Virus record (IMG/VR): IMGVR_UViG_3300028577_000006
Reading direction: 5' to 3' (one strand)
Source of the DNA: a virus
Lineage: Duplodnaviria > Heunggongvirae > Uroviricota > Caudoviricetes
Length of the DNA: 64,000 nucleotides
How positions within the stretch are numbered: the first letter of the stretch is position 1; every line of letters starts with the position of its first letter. The notes beneath the pieces were generated by a model. It was given only the letters and a program-made list of their open reading frames with translations. It ran no database searches and was not told the origin of the DNA. The position numbers and the translations under genes are program-made. Shown piece by piece: positions 44,675-55,100 of the stretch.

Positions 44675-44919
44675 CGACGAAAGGCTGCCAGGCGATCTAC
44701 GAGGACGACAAGCTCGACAACTTCGGCGATCCGCAGTTCTGGAAGTGCGGGCGCGACGTCGTGACGAACACCGAGCACTGCCCAAAGCACCTTGCTGAGG
44801 AAGTTGCAGAGAAGCGACGTAGCTACGAGGCGACGGTGGCAGGCCTGCCGCGCATGCACGCGCAGATCGTCGCTCTCGAAGAAGCTCTCGAAGCGTACGA
44901 GCACGCGGCGTCGACATGA
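44671..44919 (+). CDS. Hypothetical protein
   Basis: MTTKGCQAIY...; ATGA overlaps on both sides. Confidence 0.6.
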   Translation: MTTKGCQAIYEDDKLDNFGDPQFWKCGRDVVTNTEHCPKHLAEEVAEKRRSYEATVAGLPRMHAQIVALEEALEAYEHAAST

Positions 44920-46085
44920 CGGCGTACTCGGTAGAAGACAAGGTTCGCTTCCTACGTGAAGCGACGATCGGCGCGCCCGACGTGAGCGCTTTGCGCAGCG
45001 ACACGCGCGACGGGCTCGGCCCGCCGTGGTCGCCCGTGTGGGGCACGCTGTCGGACAGGGTCGTGCAGATGCATCTCGCGGGCGAGATCGAGATCGGCTC
45101 CTATCCGCTCATCCCGGTCGACGGCGGCTTTCCCGTCACGTGGTGGGTCGCTGCCGACTTCGACGGCAAGATCCCAGGCGTGCAGTGGGAGCGCGACGTG
45201 CGGCGCTTCACGCGCTACCTGCTCGACGTCGGCGCGAACGTCATGGTGAACCTCTCGCGCTCGGCCAAGGGCGCACACGTGCGCGTGCTGTTCAAGGAAG
45301 CGGTGCCGGCGTGGATGGCTCGGCGATGGATGTTCGCGTGGCTCGAAGAGGCGGGCGTCGCGGCTGACTCCGACTTCGACGGCAACACGAGCTTCGATCG
45401 ATTCATCCCGCCGCAAGACACGCTACAGAGCGGGCTCAACGAGAAGGGCAAGCGCGAGATCGGCAACCTCATCGGCTCGCCGATGAACGGACGACTCGCC
45501 CGCGCATACAACGGGACGCTCGTACTCGACCCGATCGCCGCCAGCCTCGATCGATGGGAGCCGGACGGTAAGCACTGGGATCATCTCGTCGCCGCACTCG
45601 AAGGTCGCGCGTGGGGAGTCGACGAGCTGCGCAAGGCGCTTGCCGACACACCGGGCACGCCGGACCTGAACCCACCTGCTTGGCGCAACATCGTGCACTA
45701 CGACGGACAGCGGCGGCGACTGAACGTGGTACCCGCTGACTCGACACTCATCCAGTTCACGCTCCACTTCTGCGAGTTCTTCCGACACGCAAGCAGCCTT
45801 GGACAGATGAGCTACACGATGTGGCTCGCGCTCTCGACTCAGTTGCACCACTTCGGAGACGAGGGGCACAGTATCTTCCACGAGATCTCCTCGGGTGATC
45901 CTCGGTACAAGTACGAGGACACAGAGAAGATGTGGATGACCACGCGCGACCTGCCGCAGAAGTGCACGACGATCGCGCGCGAGTGGCGGTGTCCGCATCT
46001 CGACACCGTGCGCTGCGCCGGTGCGAAGGCGCCTGCGTACTTCCACGAGCACGCGTACTACGAACCGTACGAGCCGCCGACGTGA
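44916..46085 (+). CDS. Archaeo-eukaryotic primase (TOTE-primase-like) with PriCT-2-like C-terminal domain
   Basis: GSYPL, WWVAADFDG (DxD), SRSAKGAHV (motif II His), GNLI; C-terminal MWLALSTQLHH...W...PQKC...CPH. Confidence 0.8.
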   Translation: MTAYSVEDKVRFLREATIGAPDVSALRSDTRDGLGPPWSPVWGTLSDRVVQMHLAGEIEIGSYPLIPVDGGFPVTWWVAADFDGKIPGVQWERDVRRFTRYLLDVGANVMVNLSRSAKGAHVRVLFKEAVPAWMARRWMFAWLEEAGVAADSDFDGNTSFDRFIPPQDTLQSGLNEKGKREIGNLIGSPMNGRLARAYNGTLVLDPIAASLDRWEPDGKHWDHLVAALEGRAWGVDELRKALADTPGTPDLNPPAWRNIVHYDGQRRRLNVVPADSTLIQFTLHFCEFFRHASSLGQMSYTMWLALSTQLHHFGDEGHSIFHEISSGDPRYKYEDTEKMWMTTRDLPQKCTTIAREWRCPHLDTVRCAGAKAPAYFHEHAYYEPYEPPT

Positions 46086-46093
46086 ACGCCTGG

Positions 46094-46109
46094 ACTTTTG
46101 ACTAAAAGT
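46094..46109. promoter_or_regulatory. AT-rich inverted repeat overlapping a TTGACT -35-like hexamer
   Basis: ACTTTT-GACT-AAAAGT in the primase/NTase intergenic gap. Confidence 0.45.
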
Positions 46110-46130
46110 GTGTCGTAATCTACGGCCGCA

Positions 46131-46760
46131 ATGAGCGCCATCAACGTCGATCCGAAGGTCTACGAACTGCTCGAAGTGGTTCACGAGACGGTCGATCCGC
46201 TTGGCGTCGAGTACGCGATCGGCGGAGCACTGGCCATGGCCGCCGCTGGCTACGCACGGCACACGAAGGACGTCGACTTGTTCGTCGTGGAGAAGGATCG
46301 CTTCAAGGTGCTTCGCGCGCTCCGTCGCGCGGGACTCGACGTGATCTCCGTGTTCGAACCGCATCACTACGCCGCGTACTTGCCGGGTCATCACGACGAC
46401 CTGGAGGTACGCATCGACGTGATGGTGCCTGCTGACGAGCCAGACCTGTCTGCGATCGAGTACCCGGAGCGAAAGGCGCTGACCAAGGGCGGGCACGAGT
46501 TCAACGTCGTCATCCCAGACTTGCTCGCGGTCATGAAGTACCACTCGGACCGAGAAAAGGATGAAGACGACTTCAGGGCGATGTATCGGCACGCGACTTT
46601 CGATCCGGAGCAGGTGCGCGCGATCGTCGTGTATCTAGCAGGCGAAGAAGACGCAGATGAGGCTGGGCGCGAATGGGACAAGCTGATCGCCTCGTTCCAG
46701 AGGCGCAAGATGACTTCCAGGCCAAAGGCCAAGCGCAAGTACACGCCGCCCGGGCGGTGA
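46131..46760 (+). CDS. Pol-beta superfamily nucleotidyltransferase
   Basis: YAIGGALAM...RHTKDVDLFV...IDVMV...MKYHSDREKDEDD. Confidence 0.8.
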   Translation: MSAINVDPKVYELLEVVHETVDPLGVEYAIGGALAMAAAGYARHTKDVDLFVVEKDRFKVLRALRRAGLDVISVFEPHHYAAYLPGHHDDLEVRIDVMVPADEPDLSAIEYPERKALTKGGHEFNVVIPDLLAVMKYHSDREKDEDDFRAMYRHATFDPEQVRAIVVYLAGEEDADEAGREWDKLIASFQRRKMTSRPKAKRKYTPPGR

Positions 46761-47191
46761 CGGTGTCCGACGAGATGACGCCGGCCGAGAAGCTCGTCAT
46801 CGTCGAACAGGAGCACGCGCGGCTGCGAGCCGAGTACGAGGCGTTCCGTCAGACGCTGCGCGATCCTGCCATCGCGCCGTGGCTCGACGGCCAGGAGGAG
46901 CGACCACTCCGCGCGTTGACGCAGATGGAAGTGGCCGCTGTTCGGCACATCAACAAGCTGGCGCCGCAGGTCAACAAGCTCGCACGCGCCGAGGCCTTCC
47001 TCATCGTACGCACACTCGACGAGACTGCCGGACGGCCGAGCGACGGTGGCCTCGAAGACCCGGAGGCGCTTTTGCGCGCGGCTCTCGTGTGCCTTGCAAG
47101 AGCCTGGAAGGACGGGCAGCGGGACGTCGAGAGCCGGGTGGTGCTGAAAGCGATCGCGGCCTACTTGCAGAGCTTGGATGACGACGTGTAG
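46757..47191 (+). CDS. Hypothetical helical protein
   Basis: GTG overlaps the upstream TGA; high GC3. Confidence 0.65.
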   Translation: MTVSDEMTPAEKLVIVEQEHARLRAEYEAFRQTLRDPAIAPWLDGQEERPLRALTQMEVAAVRHINKLAPQVNKLARAEAFLIVRTLDETAGRPSDGGLEDPEALLRAALVCLARAWKDGQRDVESRVVLKAIAAYLQSLDDDV

Positions 47192-47265
47192 CATCACGTG
47201 TCGGACGTCGGACACGGAGAAAAGCAACGCGCATCTACGATCACGCGATTCGAGTTCTCGGCGGG

Positions 47266-48522
47266 ATGGACATGCAGGGCGACCTGCGAGGCGCCGGACC
47301 TTTCGGCGCTCTGTGGACGCGCGCTCAGCTGTTCATTCGCAAAGGCGCGCACCCGTCCATTTCCAATGCGGATCTATGCGGCTCTCTTGGAAAGCAGACG
47401 CTGTCCAACTTTGTCGTCACGCTGTGGCTCGACCCCAACGCCGAAAGTACGCGAACGCTCTCGGCGCGCGAGATGGAGGCGAAGTGTCTGGAACACCTGC
47501 GTGTAGAAGCGAACGGGGTCGCCGTTAGGACCACCGTCATCTGCCCGGCCAGCGAAACCGTCGTGACGCTGCCGGGTGCCGAAAGCGTCGTCATGGGCGA
47601 GGGCGATCCGGGCGCCACGATGTTCTTCGGAGGCGATTTGGTAGAGCATCTGAACGGCCTCGTGCGCGATGAATCTGGCGCGTGGGCTCCAGGCGACCCG
47701 AACATGACGCGCATCATCAAGCTGTCGTGCGACGTGGGAACGAGTGAAAGCGCATCGGTACTTCATGCGGCCATGGCCGAGGAGGCACAAGAAACGGCCG
47801 AATGGATCGCAAACGAACTGGCGCTGCTCCATGAAGTCATCAGGCGCGGTTGTACCGATCTCCGGCGCGCGCGGCAGACGGCCATGGAAGCGTTTTCGTT
47901 GACGGCTGCGGCGATCGGACGGACGGCTGCCGTTCACTGCTTCTCGAACCACGAAGTGGTCATGAAGGAGCTGTTCGGCCAATGTACGCGCGGCTATCGG
48001 TACGAAACACATGGCATGGCAGAGGCGTGGCCAAAAGCGACCGGGTCCGACGTCGCCGCTGGCATCCATGAAGCGACGATATCGGATGCGCGGTATGATG
48101 CCGCCTCTCGCATCGTGACGGTGTGCTTCGATGTGATCGGCGGCGGAGCCGTCTTGCAGCAATACTGCCTTGGCCGCATCGCTGCGGGCGAGGTGCCTGA
48201 TCGCGAAAAAGGCCATTATATGGCGTGCTTCGCTGTGAGCCACATGTTTGAGATTGCCGAACATCCGGACCACGATGGCGGCATCTTCTTCGAAGACCGT
48301 CCCGCGCCGAAGATGAGCAAGCTGGTTGGTAAGCGAGTTCTGGTCTGCGTCGAACAGCCTGCCTGGCTAGCGACTGGCGTCGCTGTAACCGGGGTGGCAG
48401 CGGCAGCCGGGAGAGTCGTGCAGCTCGCACCAGGAACATACAACGTCACAATGCCGTTGCGCGTTCCCCCAGGCGTGTGCGTGCGGGCTCCTGCGGACGT
48501 ACGCATCGAGAAGACTCGGTGA
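47266..48522 (+). CDS. Hypothetical protein; probably starts at 47178 across a frameshift in an A-run near 47222
   Basis: 418 aa ORF, open upstream as KATRIYDHAIRVLGG without a start codon. Confidence 0.6.
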   Translation: MDMQGDLRGAGPFGALWTRAQLFIRKGAHPSISNADLCGSLGKQTLSNFVVTLWLDPNAESTRTLSAREMEAKCLEHLRVEANGVAVRTTVICPASETVVTLPGAESVVMGEGDPGATMFFGGDLVEHLNGLVRDESGAWAPGDPNMTRIIKLSCDVGTSESASVLHAAMAEEAQETAEWIANELALLHEVIRRGCTDLRRARQTAMEAFSLTAAAIGRTAAVHCFSNHEVVMKELFGQCTRGYRYETHGMAEAWPKATGSDVAAGIHEATISDARYDAASRIVTVCFDVIGGGAVLQQYCLGRIAAGEVPDREKGHYMACFAVSHMFEIAEHPDHDGGIFFEDRPAPKMSKLVGKRVLVCVEQPAWLATGVAVTGVAAAAGRVVQLAPGTYNVTMPLRVPPGVCVRAPADVRIEKTR

Positions 48523-48881
48523 GAGAAGGCTTCGCGAGGTCGTATGTGTCGCTGTGGAAAGCCGCGGATGCCTATCCGGTCACGGTCGCTAGGCTCGATG
48601 CCTATGTCGACAGGACGATCTGGATCGAACAGATAGACGTGTTTGCCAGCGCGCAGATTTCGGATCTCATTGTTCTCATAGACATCGACGGTCGGAGACA
48701 CGTTTGGACCGGGAAGCAGCAGGTACGGCTTGCTCCAGGGAGCCTGCTCATAGTCAGCGCCGAGGCGCCGCGTCTGCGCATCGACCGTGACGCGCACTTC
48801 TGGGCGTCGATTCGTGGACCGGCGGAACGCGTGGCGTGCCAGGTGGCACGTGAACACGTCGCCAGGAAAGTGTACTCGTAA
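48519..48881 (+). CDS. Hypothetical protein
   Basis: GTG overlaps the upstream TGA. Confidence 0.5.
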   Translation: MREGFARSYVSLWKAADAYPVTVARLDAYVDRTIWIEQIDVFASAQISDLIVLIDIDGRRHVWTGKQQVRLAPGSLLIVSAEAPRLRIDRDAHFWASIRGPAERVACQVAREHVARKVYS

Positions 48882-48905
48882 CCGCAAGCGCAGAGGAGTG
48901 TAGCA

Positions 48906-49335
48906 ATGGAACTAATCTACATCGAACGACTATCCGAAGAGACCAGGCGCGAAGCCTTCGTCGCCGATGGCGTGGCGCATCGCACGGACAACCAGCGCAG
49001 GGTTTCTATCGAGAAGCTGTCGCCGTGGCTTCGAGAGCGCCTTCTCGATGACGCCGCCATCGTCTGGCGCTGTCGACTACGACGCTGGACCGGACGCCTA
49101 CGCAGAGCTTGTGATGAACGACGCGGACGGTGTCAGGCGCTACCAGATCGGCGAGACGCTTCGCGTTCCGAGCGAGTTCTTCGTCCGCGACGTCGAGAAC
49201 CTCAGCTCGGAAGAGGAGAAACTGCGGTACGTGGAGGAGGCGCTGGAGAAGGCGCTGAAGGCTGGACACGACATCTGGTTGACATACGAAGCCAACCAGG
49301 CCGAGGACGAGCCGCGGCCGAGTCGCACGTACTAG
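48906..49335 (+). pseudogene. Hypothetical protein with apparent frameshift near 49065
   Basis: MELIYIERL...DDAAIV continues as GAVDYDAGPDAYAELV in another frame; the unshifted frame becomes Arg-rich with low GC3. Confidence 0.5.
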
Positions 49336-50468
49336 GCGCCTAGAACCTGGCTCCACTGTTTGCTGTAGACAGCGTGCGGCGCACGCGGACAGCCGACTGG
49401 CAACAATCCCTCCCGTGCCAGACTCACGTAGTCTTCGCTGGTAAAGCGTTCTAACGGCCAAAGAGCACGTATGCGTGGCAGCTCTCGCCTAAACCGCTTC
49501 CAAGACCACAACTGGGCGCGCGGCGCGATAGCGTCGCACTCTTGACGAAGACTCGACCCTAGGCTTTTTAGCCTCACGTCCAGGCCTTGTCCAGTAAGCC
49601 CAGGATACCCTTTCATGTTTTTAGTATGGGACGATGGGCGGCCGGCACGGGCACATACGGTTCGTAGCACACGTCGGATCTGAGCCAGGCTCATGTCTCT
49701 TGGGAAGAATCTGGCTGGCGCAAACAGGCGCTCGAACCCGTATCCAAGATTTATCAGGCACCACGAGTATGCCGCCGCCCACTTCCGACCGTCACCCACA
49801 ATGACGCCAGATCGAGGCGTTGGCCAGCGCCCGTGTCGCTCGTAATGAGTGCGTGCCATTTTAACGATCAGTTTTCTTGACCACACGCCCCGATGTGCAC
49901 CGAATAGGCGCGCAGGATTATGCCCGTTAACGCGTATCCACGTGAAGGCATTCATCCAACTATGCGCGGCCGGAAGACCAAGCGAACCGCTGCGCTTGTG
50001 TGGCGGCTTACCCGTTATCCGTCTCACGACCTCCGCGCCATCCAGCATCATGCGTAACGTGTACGGAGCTGGTGGGCGCGATGGATAGTACCCCTGATAC
50101 TTCCAGTTTGGATGACCAGGTCGGCAGCTGTTCAACAAGAACGGTTCGTGTAGATCGCGCTCTGCTCGATCACGAGCGTCAAGCTCGACGATCTTTTTTG
50201 ACTCGGCAGCTTTCACGCGGCGACGCGTCGGACACGAGGCGTCACACGAGCCTACGCACCTATTGCATTCAAGGCGCAGCGTCACCCGCAGGAAGGGTGC
50301 CAGTCCACGGGCAGACAGTGCGCGCAGCCAGGCGTTCTTGGGACGCTCCTCTTTCTCTTTCAGATGCTGCCTTAGGCGTTCAGCGCTTCCGCATTGAGTA
50401 ATGCCGACGTACCGTATTTCGTTCAGAACAGGACAGACCTGCTCGTACAGCTCGTGTACGCTGCCCAT
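49332..50468 (-). mobile_element. GIY-YIG-like free-standing endonuclease with C-terminal helical DNA-binding-like repeats
   Basis: LYEQVCP...IRYVGIT...ERLRQH; visibly AT-richer island at about 49400-50150. Confidence 0.65.
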
Positions 50469-50480
50469 GCTCAGTAACCT

Positions 50481-50849
50481 TCAGCGCCAGCGGCGAGCGA
50501 GCGCGACGACGATCGCGAGCTTCATCCGATCGAACGGCTTCAAGCCTGGCCCAGGGCGACACGCCACGAAAGGCCACTTCGCCAACGAGGCGTCGTCGAC
50601 CAGATACCGCTCCTTGCTCGGCCTTCGCGGACCGTCGATCGCGATCGACATCGCATCGAGCACGCGGCCGATCGGTTCGCGGTCGCGCAGAAGGATCAGA
50701 TCCGCCATGACCCTGCTGCGACGATCGCCCTCTACGAGACGAATGTGATCGAGGATCGCCATGTGAGCGCCCGGTTCGAGATCGACCACACGAAGATCGT
50801 CGCCGCGTTGCATCACGACCTTCGGCAACACGTCCTTGGGCAGCTTCAT
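50481..50849 (-). CDS. Hypothetical protein
   Basis: MKLPKDVLPKVV...; ATGA overlap with the lipoprotein stop. Confidence 0.6.
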   Translation of the reverse strand: MKLPKDVLPKVVMQRGDDLRVVDLEPGAHMAILDHIRLVEGDRRSRVMADLILLRDREPIGRVLDAMSIAIDGPRRPSKERYLVDDASLAKWPFVACRPGPGLKPFDRMKLAIVVALARRWR

Positions 50850-51745
50850 GACATGGGGACGTTGATCGGGAACACCATGGAGAACGCATGCGACGGCGCA
50901 GACGTCACGCATCGCACCGTAGGCGAGCCGGACGCGCCAGTCGTCATGGCGACGTGCCAGTTGCCACCAGTTCCCAGCCCATCACAATCCGTAGAGCTGG
51001 CGAGCGGACTTGCCCACGGGATGTCAGCGCCGCTCACGGTGGGGCACACGATGGTCGTTTGGTTGCACCAGGCGCGAACAGGCGCCGTGCTCCAGTACCC
51101 GGGAGTCCACGAATATGCGTTGGGACCACCGACGAGCCCGATCTGTCCAACCCAGCCGCCGACTGGCGATGAACCCAAGGTACGAACTGCCGCGACCTGC
51201 GCCGCAAGCTCGGCGCTGTCCTGCCAGGACAAGGCCATCGCCTGGCCGCCACTGACGGGCGGCGCGGCGTAGTAGACACAGTAATGGTGGCCATTGACCA
51301 CGGCCCCACCGGGACACGCGATGCGTCCACAGTCCGAATCGGGACACATCGCCAGATCGGCCGCATCCACATGCACCGCCCGGACACCGCCATCAGACGC
51401 CGGACCAACGAAGTGACCCGGATCACACGCCTCGCCCGGATCGAGGACAGCGTTGCCACACGTCGCGGACACCACGGCCGCATCGTCGGGAGACGTGCCA
51501 GCATCCTGACCGCCCGAAGCGTCTTCGCCGACCACGCCGGTATCCGGAGTCACGACGCCGGTGTCCACACCCGGACCCGCGTCGACCGTCAGGATGCCCG
51601 TGTCGCCCATGAACATCGGGCCGCCGTCACCAAGGGGCATGCCCGAATCGGGCGCCTGGGCGCCGTCCACGACGAAGTCGATCTCGCCGCAGCCGATCAT
51701 GCCCAGCGATGCCACCGCGAAGAAGAGTGCGACAAAAAAGCGCAT
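50846..51745 (-). CDS. Myxobacterial-type lipoprotein: DAG/DTG low-complexity linker, Cys-rich repeat, possible C-type-lectin-like C-terminus
   Basis: MRFFVALFFAVASLGMIG-C lipobox; DSG/DAG/DTG repeats; CGNAVLDPGEACD; GHHYCVYY...SWQDS. Confidence 0.8.
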   Translation of the reverse strand: MRFFVALFFAVASLGMIGCGEIDFVVDGAQAPDSGMPLGDGGPMFMGDTGILTVDAGPGVDTGVVTPDTGVVGEDASGGQDAGTSPDDAAVVSATCGNAVLDPGEACDPGHFVGPASDGGVRAVHVDAADLAMCPDSDCGRIACPGGAVVNGHHYCVYYAAPPVSGGQAMALSWQDSAELAAQVAAVRTLGSSPVGGWVGQIGLVGGPNAYSWTPGYWSTAPVRAWCNQTTIVCPTVSGADIPWASPLASSTDCDGLGTGGNWHVAMTTGASGSPTVRCVTSAPSHAFSMVFPINVPMS

Positions 51746-51992
51746 AGGAACCTCCCACCAAGCTGCTTCAGGCAGCCCGCCAAGTCCAACACGCGAAGCT
51801 TGAGCGCTTCGTCGATGGGAGGGAAGGCGGTTTCCCTCGTCTGCACCAAACGTAAACCCGGACCGCGCAGAGTCAACGGGCACAAAGACCAATGGTTTCG
51901 CGCCTGCCACACCTGGTGGTGGATCTGGCCGATGTGTCCCACCTGTAGCGTCTTGACCGCCACGGATGGGAGAGGCCACAGTCGACGTCCCC

Positions 51993-52026
51993 AAACACAA
52001 AAGCCCCCGGATTTCTCCGAAGGCTT
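51993..52026 (-). terminator. Rho-independent terminator on the minus strand
   Basis: AAGCCTTCGG-AGAAAT-CCGGGGGCTT (two G-U pairs) followed by TTGTGTTT. Confidence 0.7.
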
Positions 52027-52174
52027 CGTGCGGGCGACCTCGCAGCGCTAACTGCCGGTCGTCCTGTTCCCCGCGCCAGTTCCAGGTGGTACGGATGACT
52101 GATCGCGAATCTAACTGCCGCTCCCGACCGCGTCAAGCGCGAGTTGTCGGACAGTGCTGCGGTCAGGTGACAGC

Positions 52175-55100
52175 GTGACGTCAAACCTGCGCTGGCTGTA
52201 CGAGCGCTTCCGCACCGCTTCCAAGGCCGCGTTGATCGCGCCCAAGGGCAAGCCGGGCGAATGGATGGAACTTCACGCACACACGCCCGAGGCCGGCTTT
52301 GTGGGCGAGGCGGCCGGCAACATGCCCACCGACTCGACCTCTGCGCTGATCTTGGCGCTCAAGCAGCTGGAAGGCGGCGTAGCTCTCAACGCCCTCGTCG
52401 GCGTCACAAGCGACCTGGAAGTGCGTCTTGGACACTTCCGGAACGGCACCTCCAAGACGATCTACATCCGGTTTTTCCTCGCTGCCCCAGGCAAAAAGCA
52501 GGGGCGGAAGGGCATGACGCGAGCCGAGTTTCCGGCCTCGCACTCGAACGTCCAGACTGAACTTTTTGGCCCGGATCCGGGGGCAACAAACCCCGAAAGT
52601 GTGAGTTCGTCAGGTGGAGTCCGTCGGACCGAATCGACAGCCGGAACGGAAAATCGACCCGACGGACTCCACCTGGAGAACTCACACTTTTCGGACGTAG
52701 AGCCGGTTTATTTCGACGAGGAAAAGGCGACGGATGGCCAGTCTGTGCCGGCCTTCGATCACCTCATCGATGTCGAAGATTTCGAGCGGTTTCTGGCCGA
52801 AGGCGGCGCCGAAGAAGACAGTGAAATCGGTAGGTTCGTTAAGGAAGCTGTCGAAGAAGCAAGGGCGATGATTGAGGCGGACGAGACGCCCGACTTCGCC
52901 GAAATCGCGCGCTCAATGCGAGCAACGCTCGATCTGGCACATGGGCCTCCAGCTGTCGTTGATGTCGAAGCACCAGAACCGCAAGACTGGCACAACGCCG
53001 CGGGACAAGTTGGCGAGTTTACAATGTCGATTTGTCAAAAATACCGTCGTGAGAAGGGCAAACTGGCAATCCTGTGTCCGTCGCCGTCCGGCGGGAAACC
53101 ACTTCATGAGGACACGCTGGTCACGATGGGCGACGGCTCGCTGCGACCGATCAAAGAACTCGTTGTTGGCGATCTGGTCGTCTCTGGCGCTGGCCGCATC
53201 ACGAGCGTCAGTGCCGTCTACGACCAGGGCCCCCTCGACGTGCTGAAGGTCACCACACGCTCTGGCCGCGCGGTGATCGCAGAGAGCACCCATCGTTTTC
53301 TGACGCAGCGGGGATGGGTCGAAGCAGGGTCGCTCCGACAGTACGACCGCCGTGGTAGCGGAAGCACACTCGGGGAAAACGGCGAAAAACTCGGTCGTGG
53401 CGATGCGCTTCAGCTGGGACACGGCATGGAACGCCAGCCCACCAGCACCATGTCCGAAGTCGAAGCCAGATTCCTGGGATACATGACTGGCGACGGTGGT
53501 GCCACGCAGCCACGAAGCCTGCGATTCAGCAACATCGATCCACATGTTTTGGCTAAGTTTTTCAGAACATGCGAGACGCTCGGGATGTGGGTCAGGCAAC
53601 TGAACCGCGCTGACTGGCAGATTGGATACGCGGATCGAGTAGATCTGTCCGCACTGTCCGCAGACGAAAAGCACCAGCGTCGCCTCGCGATGGCAAAGGC
53701 CGCGTATCGTCAGCGAAAGGTGACTCAGTCTCACAAAAAGGCTGTCCACCATCCAGGACGACTTCTTCTCCAAGAACACGGCATTATTGGCAAAAAATCT
53801 ACCGAAAAGCGCGTGCCGTCGGCCATCTTCGGTGCAACAGACCGCGCGATCGTCGAGTTCATCGGGGCCTATTTCGAGTGCGATGGTACCCGTCGTGAGA
53901 GGCCAGCCGGCGGCACCTGGCGTGACGGAAGCGGGCCGCCGGGGGCATCGTTCTCCTCCACATCACGAGGGCTTCTCGCCGATGTTCAGACCCTGCTTGG
54001 ACGCCTTGGCATCCGGACCTCGCTCCGTCTAAAGAACGGAACTTACAAAGAAAAAAGGCATATTTCATGGCGCCTGGCGGTTCTTGATCTAGGGCGATTT
54101 TTCGATCTGATCCCGATCGAAGGCGCGAAATCCGGGCAGTCCGGTGCGTCAAGACGGCGTGAACCAAGCGGGCATCTCGCCCCAGATCCGGTGATGAAAA
54201 TCGAGCCAGCCGGACAAGCTCGCTGCCTGTGCATCACTGTGGCCGACGACGACTCGTTCCTGGCCAACGACTTCGTCACCCACAACACGCACGCGATGGT
54301 TGAGGCCGCTCGGGCCGACCGAGCAGCTGGCAAGCGCGTCGGCTACGCCGTCCTTTCCCGTGGACTGATCGAGGAGGCCAAGGAGCGTCTGACGGGCGGC
54401 AGCCAGCGGCTGGTGCAGCTGCACGTGATCGAAGGGCGACACGCCGGGAACTGCGTCGAGTTCGAATCCGTCGAGCAGGCCGCCGCGCTCGGCTACGCGC
54501 CTGGCACGCAGGTCTGTCCGAAGTGCGACAAATATCCTAGTCTTTACAACCCATTCTCCAGCCTCGACCGGAACCTCACCTGCGAGTACTACGCCTCGCG
54601 GCTGCGGGCGCTTCGCGAAATCGCCCACGCGAATCGCTACCAAAACACGCTCGTGCACCCGTACCCGCTGATCTTGACCACGCACGCAGGCATGGCGATC
54701 GGCACCGCGATGCACGCCCGTGGCCAGAAGACGTTCCGATCGCAGCCGAGCCTTTGGCAGTTCGACACGATTTTCATCGATGAGGACCCCACCGGCGCCC
54801 TTGAACAACAGCTGGAAATCAAAGAAGAACAGCTGGTGTACAAGTGGCTGGACCCCGTCTCCAAGCGTCCGGACGCGCACACGCAGATGACCAGGGTTCT
54901 GCGCGGCATGTTCACCCTCGCGCGCGCCGAGCGACACGTCGCCTGGACCAGCGGATTTCGGGACAACATCCACGCTCGCGATCACGGGAGCACCTACGCC
55001 AGCAACGATCTGATCGGCCTACTACAGCGGGCCGCTCGGCTGCTGGGCTACGACCTCGAAGAGGTGCTTGCACAGGTCGAGAACGAGTCGTCCGTGAAAT

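Noticed and set aside
22200-49070. Programmed ribosomal frameshifting at the frame breaks
   Set aside because: No common slippery sequence or stimulatory structure, mixed directions, and one break destroys a conserved PTH2 motif; errors are more parsimonious
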